Of a stretch of DNA of 64,000 nucleotides, positions 10,506 to 20,275 are shown piece after piece; the stretch's first letter is position 1, and the number at the start of each line of letters is the position of its first letter. The translations under genes and the position numbers were made by a program. This DNA comes from Chloroflexota bacterium. GTDB lineage: Bacteria > Chloroflexota > Anaerolineae > J036 > Brachytrichaceae. The notes below the pieces were generated by a model that searched no databases, had not been told where the DNA came from, and saw only the letters and a list, made by a program, of their open reading frames with translations. The stretch lies in the NCBI GenBank assembly GCA_021788625.1, contig JAJYKL010000011.1, positions 2,200 to 66,199 of the forward strand. The letters are read 5' to 3'.

Positions 10506-10979
10506 TCATCCAGGTCCATCACACAGTTCCTTCGCTGCCCTTAATTCCATATCAGATAGCTTAGCCACGCGCCGGTGAAAATCGACCTGCGTACTGAACC
10601 GAGCAGCGAGGAACGTGCTCACAATCTCCTCAGCCATCGCGATGCCGATAATCTGTGCGCCGATGCACAGTACATTCACGTCATCGTGTTCCACACACTG
10701 GTGAGCTGTGTAAGTATCATGGCAAAGCGCTGCGCGTATGCGGGGTACCTTGTTTGCTGCGATGCACGCTCCTGCACCAGAGCCACAAACCATAATTCCG
10801 CGTTCCGCCGCACCGTTGCGAACTGCATCACAGACCACCTGTGCGATGTCGGGAAAGTCCACTGGGTCAGGTGAAAAGGTGCCGTAATCTGTCACCTCAT
10901 GCCCCTCTGTCTGTAAGAACTGGACGAGTGGACCTTTCAGGGGGAAACCAGCATGGTCACCGCCGATAGCTATCTTCAT
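10506..10979 (-). CDS. rpiB: Ribose-5-phosphate isomerase B
   Basis: MKIAIGGDHAGFPLK and GIMVCGSGAGACIAANKVPRIRAALCHD motifs. AAGGAG Shine-Dalgarno upstream. Confidence 0.9.
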   Translation of the reverse strand: MKIAIGGDHAGFPLKGPLVQFLQTEGHEVTDYGTFSPDPVDFPDIAQVVCDAVRNGAAERGIMVCGSGAGACIAANKVPRIRAALCHDTYTAHQCVEHDDVNVLCIGAQIIGIAMAEEIVSTFLAARFSTQVDFHRRVAKLSDMELRAAKELCDGPG

Positions 10980-11044
10980 ACCCTGTTACTCCTTGCGTCG
11001 TGCAAGACGCTCTATATGGATCGCCGCTGCAAGCCAGGGCCGTA

Positions 11045-12283
11045 TTATGCAGCCAGTTTTGGCACCCGCACATGCAAGGCGGCAAAAAAGTTAACCAAGG
11101 CGATTGCCACACCTGCCAGGAAGACATATTGGTAACCAAAGGCATTCCAGATAACACCGCCCAGCACAGCGATGCTCATTGAGAAAATGTGATCAATCGT
11201 TGTGCCGGCAGTCAGTGCTGCCTGAACATCTCTGGGTTGCAGGGCGATTTTTTTCATGTACATCGAACGCGCCATGCCCACAGACATGAGCATTTGATCC
11301 ACCAGATAGAGAGCGCACGTAATGTAAAAGGCTACAGCATCGGGGAATACATTACGAGCGAACCCATAGCCCAGACAGACCAGGACCAGCAGCACCGCCT
11401 CGGCGGATAATACGAAGCGTTCGCCCCAATGATCTGTAACCCAACCTAGAAGTGGCTGGAAGAGAATGCCAATGACCCCACCGATGGTCATCAATGTAGC
11501 CAGGGTCTGCGTGGGCTGGTTGAATATCGTAACAATGACCCACGGGGCAAATGTGATAAATAACTGTTTGCGTGAACCGTACAATATGTTCAGCACATAA
11601 AACAGCCTGTATTCTTTATGCAGCTTAAGGATGGCCGTTGCTGGTTGAGTCTGCTCCGGCTTCATGGAAAACATGAGCAGAGCGGCCGCTCCAAACCCAA
11701 CCGCCGCCATGGCGAAGGTCGACTGGTAAGTCAAACCAAGGCTGCGAAAGCCGAGGAATATCAGAAAGCTGCCCAGAATGGTGGCTGTGTTGCGAATGGC
11801 GTTCAGTTGGCCCAATCGCCTCCCCGTTTTGCCTCCTATGGCCAATTCCATGCCGATGGTCGTTGCAGCCGGCATAAACAGGTGCTGACCCATGCTATAA
11901 ACAAACAGGCATAGCACCACCGCCAGGTAAGTAGACGAGGCAAGGCCATAGAGGATCACGCCAGCCATGCCCAGTAACATCGAAACCACCCCCAGCCGGC
12001 GGCTGCACAGGAACCACAGCAGGGCCGTCACGAAGACGCATAGAAGACCGGGCAACTCGCGTGGGATTTCGAGAAAGGCGCGCTGGAACCCGTTCAATGC
12101 GAAGCGGTCATTGAGGAAGTTGTTGAGCGTTGAATCGACCAGACTATACGCCACACCCATCACAAATGACGCGGAGGCGAAGAGTTTTAATTCACGTGGG
12201 AGACTGCCAAGGCGTGAGGGCAGCGAGAGTGTCGTGTTCATCCTTGTAATCCAAGGCGGAGCTGCCGAGCCTGAGTAGGTCAT
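11045..12283 (-). CDS. MFS-type transporter
   Basis: About 12 predicted hydrophobic helices over 412 aa. Substrate unknown. The start could be the internal Met15. Confidence 0.65.
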   Translation of the reverse strand: MTYSGSAAPPWITRMNTTLSLPSRLGSLPRELKLFASASFVMGVAYSLVDSTLNNFLNDRFALNGFQRAFLEIPRELPGLLCVFVTALLWFLCSRRLGVVSMLLGMAGVILYGLASSTYLAVVLCLFVYSMGQHLFMPAATTIGMELAIGGKTGRRLGQLNAIRNTATILGSFLIFLGFRSLGLTYQSTFAMAAVGFGAAALLMFSMKPEQTQPATAILKLHKEYRLFYVLNILYGSRKQLFITFAPWVIVTIFNQPTQTLATLMTIGGVIGILFQPLLGWVTDHWGERFVLSAEAVLLVLVCLGYGFARNVFPDAVAFYITCALYLVDQMLMSVGMARSMYMKKIALQPRDVQAALTAGTTIDHIFSMSIAVLGGVIWNAFGYQYVFLAGVAIALVNFFAALHVRVPKLAA

Positions 12284-12481
12284 CGTGTCGCGTTGGCAAC
12301 CCGCACGCTGAGTATAACTGTAAAGCGTTTATGTTCCAGTTGGTTGATATGCGTGTTTTCCGAGCATCAGGTTACTTGCTGAGTTCTGGCAGGTGACTGA
12401 CATATTCCTGGCACATGTGACCTATGCACGATTACGCCGCATCAGCTGCATCCCTTATAATGCTTAACCTGGTAACTACGA

Positions 12482-13294
12482 ATGGACGAGCATGCGCTCC
12501 TACAGTTATTGAATGCCGTGCAAGCTAGACAAGTCTCCGTGCAGGAGGCGTTGGACGAACTGCGTCGTCTGCCGTTTAGCGACATCGACTTTGCAAAAAT
12601 AGACAACCATCGTGCACTTCGTAATGGATTCCCTGAGGTGGTCCTCTGTGAGGGTAAACGCCCTGAACACGTAGTCGCCATCCTGCAAAGATTGTGCGCC
12701 GAGGGCGGTCCGGTGTTGGGTACGCGAGCATCGGCTGAGCTGGCATCCACCGTACAAAAATCGATACCAGGGATCAAATATCAGGAGCTCGCTCGCACCC
12801 TTACATATGAACCCCGGCCACTATCCAAACGTGGCGGTATCGTCCTGGTAATCACCGCTGGCACGGCCGACGTGCCCGTTGCTGAGGAAGCCGCCATTAC
12901 AGCTGACATTATGGGTAACCGGGTCGAGCGTATCTTCGATATTGGTGTAGCGGGTTTACATCGCCTACTGGCACATGTGGACCGCATTACCAATCCTGCG
13001 GTGGCGGTGGTTATCGTGGTGGCGGGTATGGAAGGGGCGTTGCCCAGCGTCATTGGTGGGCTCGTGCGTGTGCCAGTCATTGCGGTGCCGACCAGTGTTG
13101 GCTATGGCACTTCGTTCGGCGGTATGACCGCGCTCCTTAGCATGCTGAACAGTTGTGCGTCGGGCGTCACAGTGGTCAATATTGATAATGGTTTTGGGGC
13201 AGGCTTTGCGGCGAGCCGTATTAACCAGCTAGCCGGTCAGGACCTGACGAAGAGTCAGATGGTTGACGATGAAAAGGTGGAAGGTTTGAGGTAA
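12482..13294 (+). CDS. larB: LarB, nickel-pincer cofactor biosynthesis (pyridinium-3,5-biscarboxylic acid mononucleotide synthase, PurE-like)
   Basis: DIDFAKIDNHRALRNGFPEVVLCEGK N-terminal motif and a PurE-like GIVLVITAGTADVPVAEEA core. Sits directly upstream of larE and larC. Confidence 0.85.
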   Translation: MDEHALLQLLNAVQARQVSVQEALDELRRLPFSDIDFAKIDNHRALRNGFPEVVLCEGKRPEHVVAILQRLCAEGGPVLGTRASAELASTVQKSIPGIKYQELARTLTYEPRPLSKRGGIVLVITAGTADVPVAEEAAITADIMGNRVERIFDIGVAGLHRLLAHVDRITNPAVAVVIVVAGMEGALPSVIGGLVRVPVIAVPTSVGYGTSFGGMTALLSMLNSCASGVTVVNIDNGFGAGFAASRINQLAGQDLTKSQMVDDEKVEGLR

Positions 13295-13300
13295 GGTGTA

Positions 13301-14203
13301 ATGGAACGGGTGGGAAATGCCGTGCCTGCCAAATTGCAGGCCAAATACGATTTATTACGTTCGGTGCTGGAGGAGATGGGTGACATCATCGTGGGTATGT
13401 CCGGTGGGGTGGATAGCGTATTGCTGGCATACATAGCGCACGAAGTGTTGGGAGACAAGGCGCTGGCGGTAACTGCAGATTCGCCCTCGCTCCCACGGCG
13501 TGAGTTGCACGAGGCGAAAGAACTGGCTCAAGCCAGCGGTATCCGCCACCTGGTCATCAAGACATCCGAGGTATATGACTCGCGTTACGCGGAAAATCCC
13601 AGCAACCGCTGCTACTTCTGCAAGACCGAACTCTTCACACATCTGGACGCATTGGCTGATGAAATGGGCTTTCATTGGGTGGCCTATGGCGAGAACCAGG
13701 ATGATCGGGGTGATTACAGACCCGGAGCACAGGCAGCGAATGAGCACCGCGTGCGCGCACCTCTAAAAGAAGCGGGTTTTGGCAAAGAGGATATACGGGC
13801 GTTGGCGAAGCACCTAGGGCTGCCTATTTGGGATAAACCAGCGTTTGCATGTTTGGGCTCACGTTTCCCTTACGGTACGCGGATTACACCGGAAAAACTA
13901 TCGCAGGTGGAAGCTGCCGAGGAGGTGCTGTGGGAGTTGGGCTTCCGCCAGTATCGCGTCCGCTATCACAATGAAGTAGCGCGTATCGAGGTACCCAGGT
14001 CAGAAATGGCGCACCTGCTGGACCTGGCTGAAGAGGTGTCGGACCGCATCAGGCGGCAGGCCGGCTTCACCTTTGTGGCGATGGACCTCGCAGGTTATCG
14101 CCGTGGCAGCATGAATGAAGGCAGCATTACGGAACCTCACGGTACTCAGTCGACTAAGCCGAACGTCATTCCCATCAGTGGCATTACCCTCAACAACCAA
14201 TAA
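13301..14203 (+). CDS. larE: LarE, ATP-dependent sacrificial sulfur transferase
   Basis: PP-loop VGMSGGVDSVLLA, then CYFCK, and the sacrificial-Cys context PAFACLGSRFPYG. Confidence 0.85.
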   Translation: MERVGNAVPAKLQAKYDLLRSVLEEMGDIIVGMSGGVDSVLLAYIAHEVLGDKALAVTADSPSLPRRELHEAKELAQASGIRHLVIKTSEVYDSRYAENPSNRCYFCKTELFTHLDALADEMGFHWVAYGENQDDRGDYRPGAQAANEHRVRAPLKEAGFGKEDIRALAKHLGLPIWDKPAFACLGSRFPYGTRITPEKLSQVEAAEEVLWELGFRQYRVRYHNEVARIEVPRSEMAHLLDLAEEVSDRIRRQAGFTFVAMDLAGYRRGSMNEGSITEPHGTQSTKPNVIPISGITLNNQ

Positions 14204-14324
14204 CGTAGCTCGCCGAATTGAAGGATGTGACAATACCATCCGGGCAGGTGGGGAGAGCATGACCTTTTGCCGCGTCTGTGTTTTTCAGTGGTGGGGTAGA
14301 TGATTCGTTAACCTGGACGAAGTC

Positions 14325-15722
14325 ATGAAGATACTTTACCTGGACTGCTTCGCCGGTATCAGCGGTGACATGACCCTTGGTGCGCTTGTTGACCTGGGAC
14401 TATCAATTCAGGACCTGGAGCGTGAGCTCGCCAAACTGCACCTGGCTGGCTACCGACTGGAAGTGTCGCGTGTGGATAAACGCGGTGTTCAGGCCACGCA
14501 ACTTAAGGTAATTTTGCTAGACGATGGGAACGAGCACCTTGCGGATATCGAATACGATGAGGATCATAAGCATGAGCAGGAATATGAGCCCGAACCTGGG
14601 CATGCACATCATTCTCCTATCTCCCACACTCCTGCTCAGTTACCCGCTGACTCTTCGGTACACCATACCCCCCATCGTTCGTTACGCGAGATCATTGCCA
14701 TCATAGAAGGCAGTGGATTATCCGATGACGTCAAAATGCTTGCCCGCCGCATTTTCCGGCGCCTGGGCGAGGCAGAAGCTGCGGTGCATGGTATTTCTGT
14801 GGATGACGTGTACTTCCACGAAGTGGGTGGGGTGGATGCCATTGTGGACATTGTCGGCACTGCCATTGGTGTTCATGCACTGGGCGTCAGGCACGTGGTC
14901 GCCTCACCATTGCATCTGGGTACGGGGACGATTCACATGGCTCATGGGCTATACCCTATTCCTGCACCAGCCACCGCACAACTGGTGCAGGGGTTTCCAG
15001 TTTACACCACCGAGGCAAAAGGCGAGCTGGTCACACCCACTGGTGCAGCCATCGTGACTACCTTGGCGCAGGAATTCGGTCCCATACCGCTGATGAAGGT
15101 TGCGCGTGTGGGATATGGTGCAGGGATGCGCGACCGTGAATTTCCAAACGTGCTGCGCGCCTTCCTGGGTGAAACCCCAGAAGCACCAATTGCATCGAGC
15201 CCTTCAGTGGCGGTGCGCAGCTCACGCGAGCCTAATCCCCAACAACATGACGCACCCACAACAGAGGGTGGCTATCACGAAGGCAAGGCTATTGCTATTG
15301 AGGCCACCATCGACGATATGAACCCGCAACTGTATGAGGAGCTGGTTGAACACTTGCTGGCTGCAGGAGCGCTGGATGTGGTGCTGCTACCGGTGCAGAT
15401 GAAAAAGCAACGTCCGGGCGTGTTGGTGCAAGTGCTGGCTGCAAGCGAAGGGGTAGGCAGCCTGTTACCCATATTGTTCACCGAATCTACGACCTTAGGG
15501 GTGAGAACATACGAGGTGAGTCGCTATATGCTACAGCGTGAAGTGCATACAGTGCAAACTCGGTATGGAACGGTACGTGTGAAGGTGGCTCGCCTGGGTG
15601 ATGGCGTGGTTAATTTTGCGCCTGAGTACGAGGATTGCCGTGACCTTGCCCATCAACAGCACGTGCCTGTCAAGCTCGTGTATAGTGCGGCACTCGGCGC
15701 TGCCACTGTACAAGACTGGTAA
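14325..15722 (+). CDS. larC: LarC, nickel insertion protein (nickel-pincer cofactor cyclometallase)
   Basis: MKILYLDCFAGISGDMTLGALVDLG N-terminus. His-rich stretch DEDHKHEQEYEPEPGHAHHSPISH. Completes the larB-larE-larC order. Confidence 0.85.
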   Translation: MKILYLDCFAGISGDMTLGALVDLGLSIQDLERELAKLHLAGYRLEVSRVDKRGVQATQLKVILLDDGNEHLADIEYDEDHKHEQEYEPEPGHAHHSPISHTPAQLPADSSVHHTPHRSLREIIAIIEGSGLSDDVKMLARRIFRRLGEAEAAVHGISVDDVYFHEVGGVDAIVDIVGTAIGVHALGVRHVVASPLHLGTGTIHMAHGLYPIPAPATAQLVQGFPVYTTEAKGELVTPTGAAIVTTLAQEFGPIPLMKVARVGYGAGMRDREFPNVLRAFLGETPEAPIASSPSVAVRSSREPNPQQHDAPTTEGGYHEGKAIAIEATIDDMNPQLYEELVEHLLAAGALDVVLLPVQMKKQRPGVLVQVLAASEGVGSLLPILFTESTTLGVRTYEVSRYMLQREVHTVQTRYGTVRVKVARLGDGVVNFAPEYEDCRDLAHQQHVPVKLVYSAALGAATVQDW

Positions 15723-16069
15723 ATCCTTCTCCGTCAACGAGGAAGCCAGATGGTTGGGATATAGGGTTAAGCGCCGGTTCTTAGCTGTTGCTGCCAGTCG
15801 CGCTGTTTCTTCATTGGGTTGTGCACGCGGCCTGCATAATTCTTATCTTCACATCAGCATATGACAGGCACATGACCCTAGACACTAGCCCCTGCTTGAC
15901 GCGCTTCATATTATTACCTCTGTTTCGCCGTCCAGAACATTATGGATGGTGTTCCCGTGTAAAAAGTTACAACGTTGTGTATGGCTTCATATAGTGAGCA
16001 TGAGTCTTTCTCAGGTGTAAAAAAGTGATTCTGTGATTCCAGATAAGTAGGGAGTGATTAACAGGAAAT

Positions 16070-16825
16070 ATGGTTCATAACGTGAGAATAGCAGGTGTCA
16101 CCAATCCGTTGACCAATGCGGTACAGGTCAAAGCGCTCTCGCGTGATCGGAAGCGATTATTAGTAGCGCTGGTAGGTGCCGTGAGCATGTCCCTTGTCAG
16201 TACCGCTTGCAGTGGTGTAACGCTGCCCCAGATCGGGCAGGCAGCAGCCAGCCCAGCCGCCTCAAATGCGACGGTAGCTCCGGCTGGTAATAATGCCGGA
16301 GGCACACCTGGGCTAAATGGCGGCCGATTCAATCCCCGAGAAACTCCTGCGCCTGAACTGCCCACCACACAACCGGTAGTAACAGGCTTGTTTGTTCGTC
16401 GTGATGGCGCTAATCTCTATGTAGGAACGGGCTTCGGGCTTGGTCAAGGTCAGGGTCGTGGTCCAGGTAGGGGGCAACCGCCACGCGCAAACGGCGCAGT
16501 GGGTACGCGCCGCGCACCCAATAATGGTGTCCCGTTCGCATACAACGGGCCGACCATTGAGGTGATCACCAACAGCAGCACCAAGCTTTATAAAGACGTG
16601 ACGGTAATGAACTTCCAGAACAGACCCGGCAACAGGGGCAATGGCAATCCGCTACAGCAACAGGTACAGGCAGTAACCTCGCTCGACGACTTGATCGGCG
16701 CCAATGCAATAGATGGCGTCATGACAGTGTGGGGGACAAAGAACGGAAACCAGATCACTGCTGCGGTTATTGTCTATCGGCCGAGGCAAGGGCCACCAGA
16801 AACACCTACTCCTGCCAGTTCCTAA
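16070..16825 (+). CDS. Hypothetical secreted or lipid-anchored Gly/Pro-rich protein
   Basis: Signal-like segment LLVALVGAVSMSLVSTACSG. Low-complexity GQGQGRGPGRGQ region. AGGAAA upstream of the ATG. Confidence 0.5.
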   Translation: MVHNVRIAGVTNPLTNAVQVKALSRDRKRLLVALVGAVSMSLVSTACSGVTLPQIGQAAASPAASNATVAPAGNNAGGTPGLNGGRFNPRETPAPELPTTQPVVTGLFVRRDGANLYVGTGFGLGQGQGRGPGRGQPPRANGAVGTRRAPNNGVPFAYNGPTIEVITNSSTKLYKDVTVMNFQNRPGNRGNGNPLQQQVQAVTSLDDLIGANAIDGVMTVWGTKNGNQITAAVIVYRPRQGPPETPTPASS

Positions 16826-18111
16826 GTCGTTGGTATAGCTTCGACCGGCTGATCAGCGCTCACCTGGTTACCAATATGCCCACTCACATACCGGATTGCT
16901 ACGAAGGTTAGCACCCCTCCAATGGCGAACAGAGCGCTGTTCAGCACGAAGGGCAGGCTGCGGTTCATTTCAGAGAGCTGTCCGGCAATCCACCCGAAGG
17001 GTGAGGTAAATATGAGCATTGCCACGGACAGAATAGCCATGATGCGGGCGCGTTCCGTTGCATCGACGGTAATGACGGTGAGCTTGTCGAGTAAAGCCGT
17101 TGCTAGAGGCGTGCAGGCAGCTTCCAATACAGTGGCGACCATGAGTGGCAGGTAGCCTCCGCTGGGTACATTGATCAGGATCACCTGGCTCACGACCAGG
17201 CCCACCAGGCCGATGAGCAAAGGTTTTCGCACGTCCATGTCGCCAAGTCGGGGCATCACGAAAAAGAAGAAAAGTAGCATGATGATGGACCGCGCAAACG
17301 TGAAGATCACCAGATATTCCGGCGGGATACCCAGCTTCTCGGTCACCAGTATTGACCAAAATGTGCCTTTCACCAGCCAGCAAATGTTCAGCAGCAGCAT
17401 CAAGGCAGCCGTGACCAGCGTTGCCGGTGTGTGCAGGATTCGCTTGAGTACGGCAGGTGATTCACGTACAACCGTGATGAGCGGCTGACCGCGTGTCTCG
17501 TGCATGCGCACCTGACCCCGGCGAGTCTCGCTGACCATGCCATTCATGACAATGAACTTGGTTGTCATCATCAGGAACGAAAGCAGGTATAGACCACGCA
17601 GGGTGGGCACCAATGAGAATTGGCCGATCAAAACTCCGGTAATAGGGGAGAAAAAAGCCGCGACGAGTCCGGCGATGTAGATCCAGGAATAGACATCCAG
17701 GAGTATTTTGGGGTCGGTATCTTCCACCAGCAGGCACTGCCATGAATTGGCGGTGACACGCCAGATGCTGTTCACAATGGCGGCAAGGAGGAAGTAGTTG
17801 AAATCTTGTGCAATAGCCCAAATCAGGCACGGGATACTCCACGAGATGGTGTCGAAGATCAGCGTGGTGCGTTTGCGACCCAGTTTGTCGGTGATCGCTC
17901 CGCTGAGCAGGGTGCTGACGATCTGGAAGGCCATGCCAATGCTGGTGATCAGACCGACTTGTACATCATTCAATCCGATCGCCAGCATGTAGATGGAAAC
18001 ATAGGGCGCATAGAGATTATACGGAATGCCCCACAAGGCCTCGGTGTAAACAACCCCACGTGCGTTACCGCGCAGGTTCTTTAGTGTCGTAATGAGTGGG
18101 TGGGCGTTCAT
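16822..18111 (-). CDS. MFS/GPH-like transporter
   Basis: Multi-helix membrane protein. I place the start at the ATG at 18111 (MNAHPLITTLK...) because AAGGAG lies just upstream. The track ORF extends to 18216. Confidence 0.65.
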   Translation of the reverse strand: MNAHPLITTLKNLRGNARGVVYTEALWGIPYNLYAPYVSIYMLAIGLNDVQVGLITSIGMAFQIVSTLLSGAITDKLGRKRTTLIFDTISWSIPCLIWAIAQDFNYFLLAAIVNSIWRVTANSWQCLLVEDTDPKILLDVYSWIYIAGLVAAFFSPITGVLIGQFSLVPTLRGLYLLSFLMMTTKFIVMNGMVSETRRGQVRMHETRGQPLITVVRESPAVLKRILHTPATLVTAALMLLLNICWLVKGTFWSILVTEKLGIPPEYLVIFTFARSIIMLLFFFFVMPRLGDMDVRKPLLIGLVGLVVSQVILINVPSGGYLPLMVATVLEAACTPLATALLDKLTVITVDATERARIMAILSVAMLIFTSPFGWIAGQLSEMNRSLPFVLNSALFAIGGVLTFVAIRYVSGHIGNQVSADQPVEAIPTT

Positions 18112-18345
18112 TCGCTCCTTAGTGTTGCCAAGTTTCTTGCGGAACCTATCATACTGTGGATTGCAGTAACCAAAAGCCACCAGGCTAAATACGCCTGATG
18201 GCTCACCGATCCGCACAATTGGGCACGAAATACCACTAAGGAGGTTTCGTGTGCCAGCTCAGAACTTACCCTCTACATATCCTCCCCCATGAGTGTCATA
18301 CCACCTGCATGAACTATTGAGCGTTCTAAAAGCTTAAGGTGTGTT

Positions 18346-20061
18346 CTAACGGCTAAAGGTGATGAAGGCTTGCACTGTGTCGAACGAATTAGACGCGACT
18401 ACATAAGGTTGCGCTCCCAGCTCGCCACTATATTCAACGGTGAAGGTAAATGAACCTGAGGCTAGTACCTGTACGGTACCAAGCGGAATCGAGACGCTAT
18501 ATAAGCCTGTCGGGTAGATGGCAATATTTACGTCCTGATAAGGCGGCCAGTTTGCGCCATTGATAGTTATCCGTGTGTTATGGATACTGGCCGATAGTTC
18601 GGGAGGCAGTGGGAACGGTGTTGGCGACAGGATTGAATCGGGTGTTGGAGTGGGTGTAGATGTTGTAGCCTGTGTTGGCACAGGCGTCAAGGTCGGTTCC
18701 ATTGTCGGAGTTGATGTCTGAGTAGGAACAGGTATTGGCGTGCTCGTCGGTGTAGGTGTGCTGGTGGGTGCCGGAGTGCTCGTTGGCGTGGGTGTACTGG
18801 TGGGTATCGGTGTGCTCGTGGGTGCTGGAGTGCTGGTGGGTGCTGGTGTGCTGGTAGGTGCTGACGTAGCGGTCGGCGTCAGGGTGGGCTGAGGCGTCTG
18901 TGTTGGCACTGTAGTTGGCGTGGGGTTGGTAACATTGACGACGATGAATTGCTGAGTGGACGTGCCATCATCATACACGACCCGCAACCCGTAAATGGTC
19001 GTGCTGGTGGGACACACAACGCGTGAGTCCTGGCCAGCTACTCCTTCATCACCGTTGCCCTCATTAAAGTAAACGGCCTGTACATTGGTTACGTTCCAAT
19101 GAATGGTCGTGCATTGACCTTCCACGATAGACGTGTTATCAGAATAGAAGCTGATGGCAGGCGTTGGTGTTGGTGTAGGCGAACCAATTACCGAAATAGT
19201 CAATGACTGCACGATGGATGATCCGCTATTCAGAATTACATCGAGTGTGTAGGTGGTAGTTGCCGCCGGACATACAACGCGTGAGTCCTGGCCAGCAACA
19301 CCCTGTGCACCGCTGCCATCGTTAAAATAGACACCCTGTACGTTGGTCACATTCCAATGGATGGTTGTACATTGACCCACACTTAACGTCGAATTGTCGG
19401 CATAGAAGTTAACACCTGGTGTTGGAGTCGGGGTGATTGTTGGTGTGGCGGGTACAGGTGTTGAGGTCGGTGTAGAGACGGAAGGGGCCGCGATAACAGA
19501 GGCGACCGGCAGCGTGCTTATGCAGTATGCGGTGACATACGCTGCGCTCACCCAGCCCTCGACGTTTGAACTGGTTATGACCTCATACCACGAGCCGTCT
19601 GAGGTGCGTGCAATTGGTTGAGCTGTGGAACCGTATGGCAAGGTGGTAAGTATACCGAAGGAGGTTCCCGGTCCATCTCGCAAATGCAAGTCCGCAGTCG
19701 TGGTTAATTCCGGCGTGCATGGCGCCGAGCCTGTCGTTGGCACTGCTGTACCCTGAGCTGTTTCAGTTGCCTGTACCGGAGTTGTAGATGTGGGCAACGC
19801 ACTTGTTGGTACGGCTGTGGTGGTAAAAACAGCAGTAGGAGTTAAAGCACTCGTCACCGTCGCAGTTTGTTGAGAGGATGTTGACGGTGTTATTACTGGA
19901 GCCGAAGTGGTGGTTTGTATCGACTGACTTTTTGCCGCACTGACACAGGCCGACAGCAATAAACTGATAATCGCTAACGAAATCGAAACGGCAACCCGCC
20001 GGTTCCCAGGTACCCGACCTGGGAACCGGTTTATGCCATGATCTATATTCATCCCCCCCAT
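18346..20061 (-). CDS. Lipoprotein with an SH3b-like domain, two tandem beta-domain repeats and a Thr/Pro linker
   Basis: Lipobox LLLSAC. SH3b-like segment LHLRDGPGTSFGILTTLPYGSTAQPIARTSDGSWYEV...GWVSAAYV. Duplicated roughly 76-aa module. Start chosen at the ATG at 20061 (AAGGAA 6 nt upstream). The track start at 20067 is GTG. Confidence 0.7.
   Translation of the reverse strand: MGGMNIDHGINRFPGRVPGNRRVAVSISLAIISLLLSACVSAAKSQSIQTTTSAPVITPSTSSQQTATVTSALTPTAVFTTTAVPTSALPTSTTPVQATETAQGTAVPTTGSAPCTPELTTTADLHLRDGPGTSFGILTTLPYGSTAQPIARTSDGSWYEVITSSNVEGWVSAAYVTAYCISTLPVASVIAAPSVSTPTSTPVPATPTITPTPTPGVNFYADNSTLSVGQCTTIHWNVTNVQGVYFNDGSGAQGVAGQDSRVVCPAATTTYTLDVILNSGSSIVQSLTISVIGSPTPTPTPAISFYSDNTSIVEGQCTTIHWNVTNVQAVYFNEGNGDEGVAGQDSRVVCPTSTTIYGLRVVYDDGTSTQQFIVVNVTNPTPTTVPTQTPQPTLTPTATSAPTSTPAPTSTPAPTSTPIPTSTPTPTSTPAPTSTPTPTSTPIPVPTQTSTPTMEPTLTPVPTQATTSTPTPTPDSILSPTPFPLPPELSASIHNTRITINGANWPPYQDVNIAIYPTGLYSVSIPLGTVQVLASGSFTFTVEYSGELGAQPYVVASNSFDTVQAFITFSR
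18637..18927 (-). repeat. Coding low-complexity tandem repeat (Thr/Pro linker, PTSTPAPTSTP units)
   Basis: Protein aa 381-477 is almost entirely T/P/S/A. The DNA shows repeated ggtg(c/t)gctggtgggtgc-type units. Confidence 0.8.
18928..19416 (-). repeat. Tandem intragenic duplication (two roughly 230-nt modules)
   Basis: NFYADNSTLSVGQCTTIHWNVTNVQGVYFNDGSGAQGVAGQDSRVVCPAATTTY versus SFYSDNTSIVEGQCTTIHWNVTNVQAVYFNEGNGDEGVAGQDSRVVCPTSTTIY. The DNA string acgcgtgagtcctggccagc occurs in both copies. Confidence 0.85.
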
Positions 20062-20275
20062 CGCCACTTCCTTTATACAACTTATGCATATCCGGCGCGA
20101 TAAGCGATGTGGGCTACTGTTTATTGTTACATAATTCGACTATATGGCACAATGTAGCTGGCAGATTCAGCCTACCGTAATGCCGGGTATACGTACAAAG
20201 AATCATCCTAGACCATAAACGATATACGTCACTCTTTCTGAGGTACACGACTGATAAAGCTTTATAGCATGTTGT

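Noticed and set aside
12456-12461. A TATAAT hexamer 21 nt upstream of the larB ATG, considered as a possible promoter -10 element.
   Set aside because: No acceptable -35 element lies at 16-18 nt spacing (the best is TACGCC/TTACGC), and there is no supporting data. It is not reported as a feature.
18222-18255. An imperfect hairpin (ggcacgaaa ... tttcgtgtgcc) downstream of the lipoprotein gene, considered as a possible terminator.
   Set aside because: The stem is interrupted by a 2-nt bulge and there is no U-tract on the transcribed (minus) strand. The support is too weak.
18637-18927. Periodic short DNA repeats that could superficially resemble a repeat array. The same applies to 25077..25880.
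   Set aside because: Both lie inside open reading frames and encode Thr/Pro linker units and pentapeptide repeats. There are no unique spacers of constant length, so these are not CRISPR arrays.
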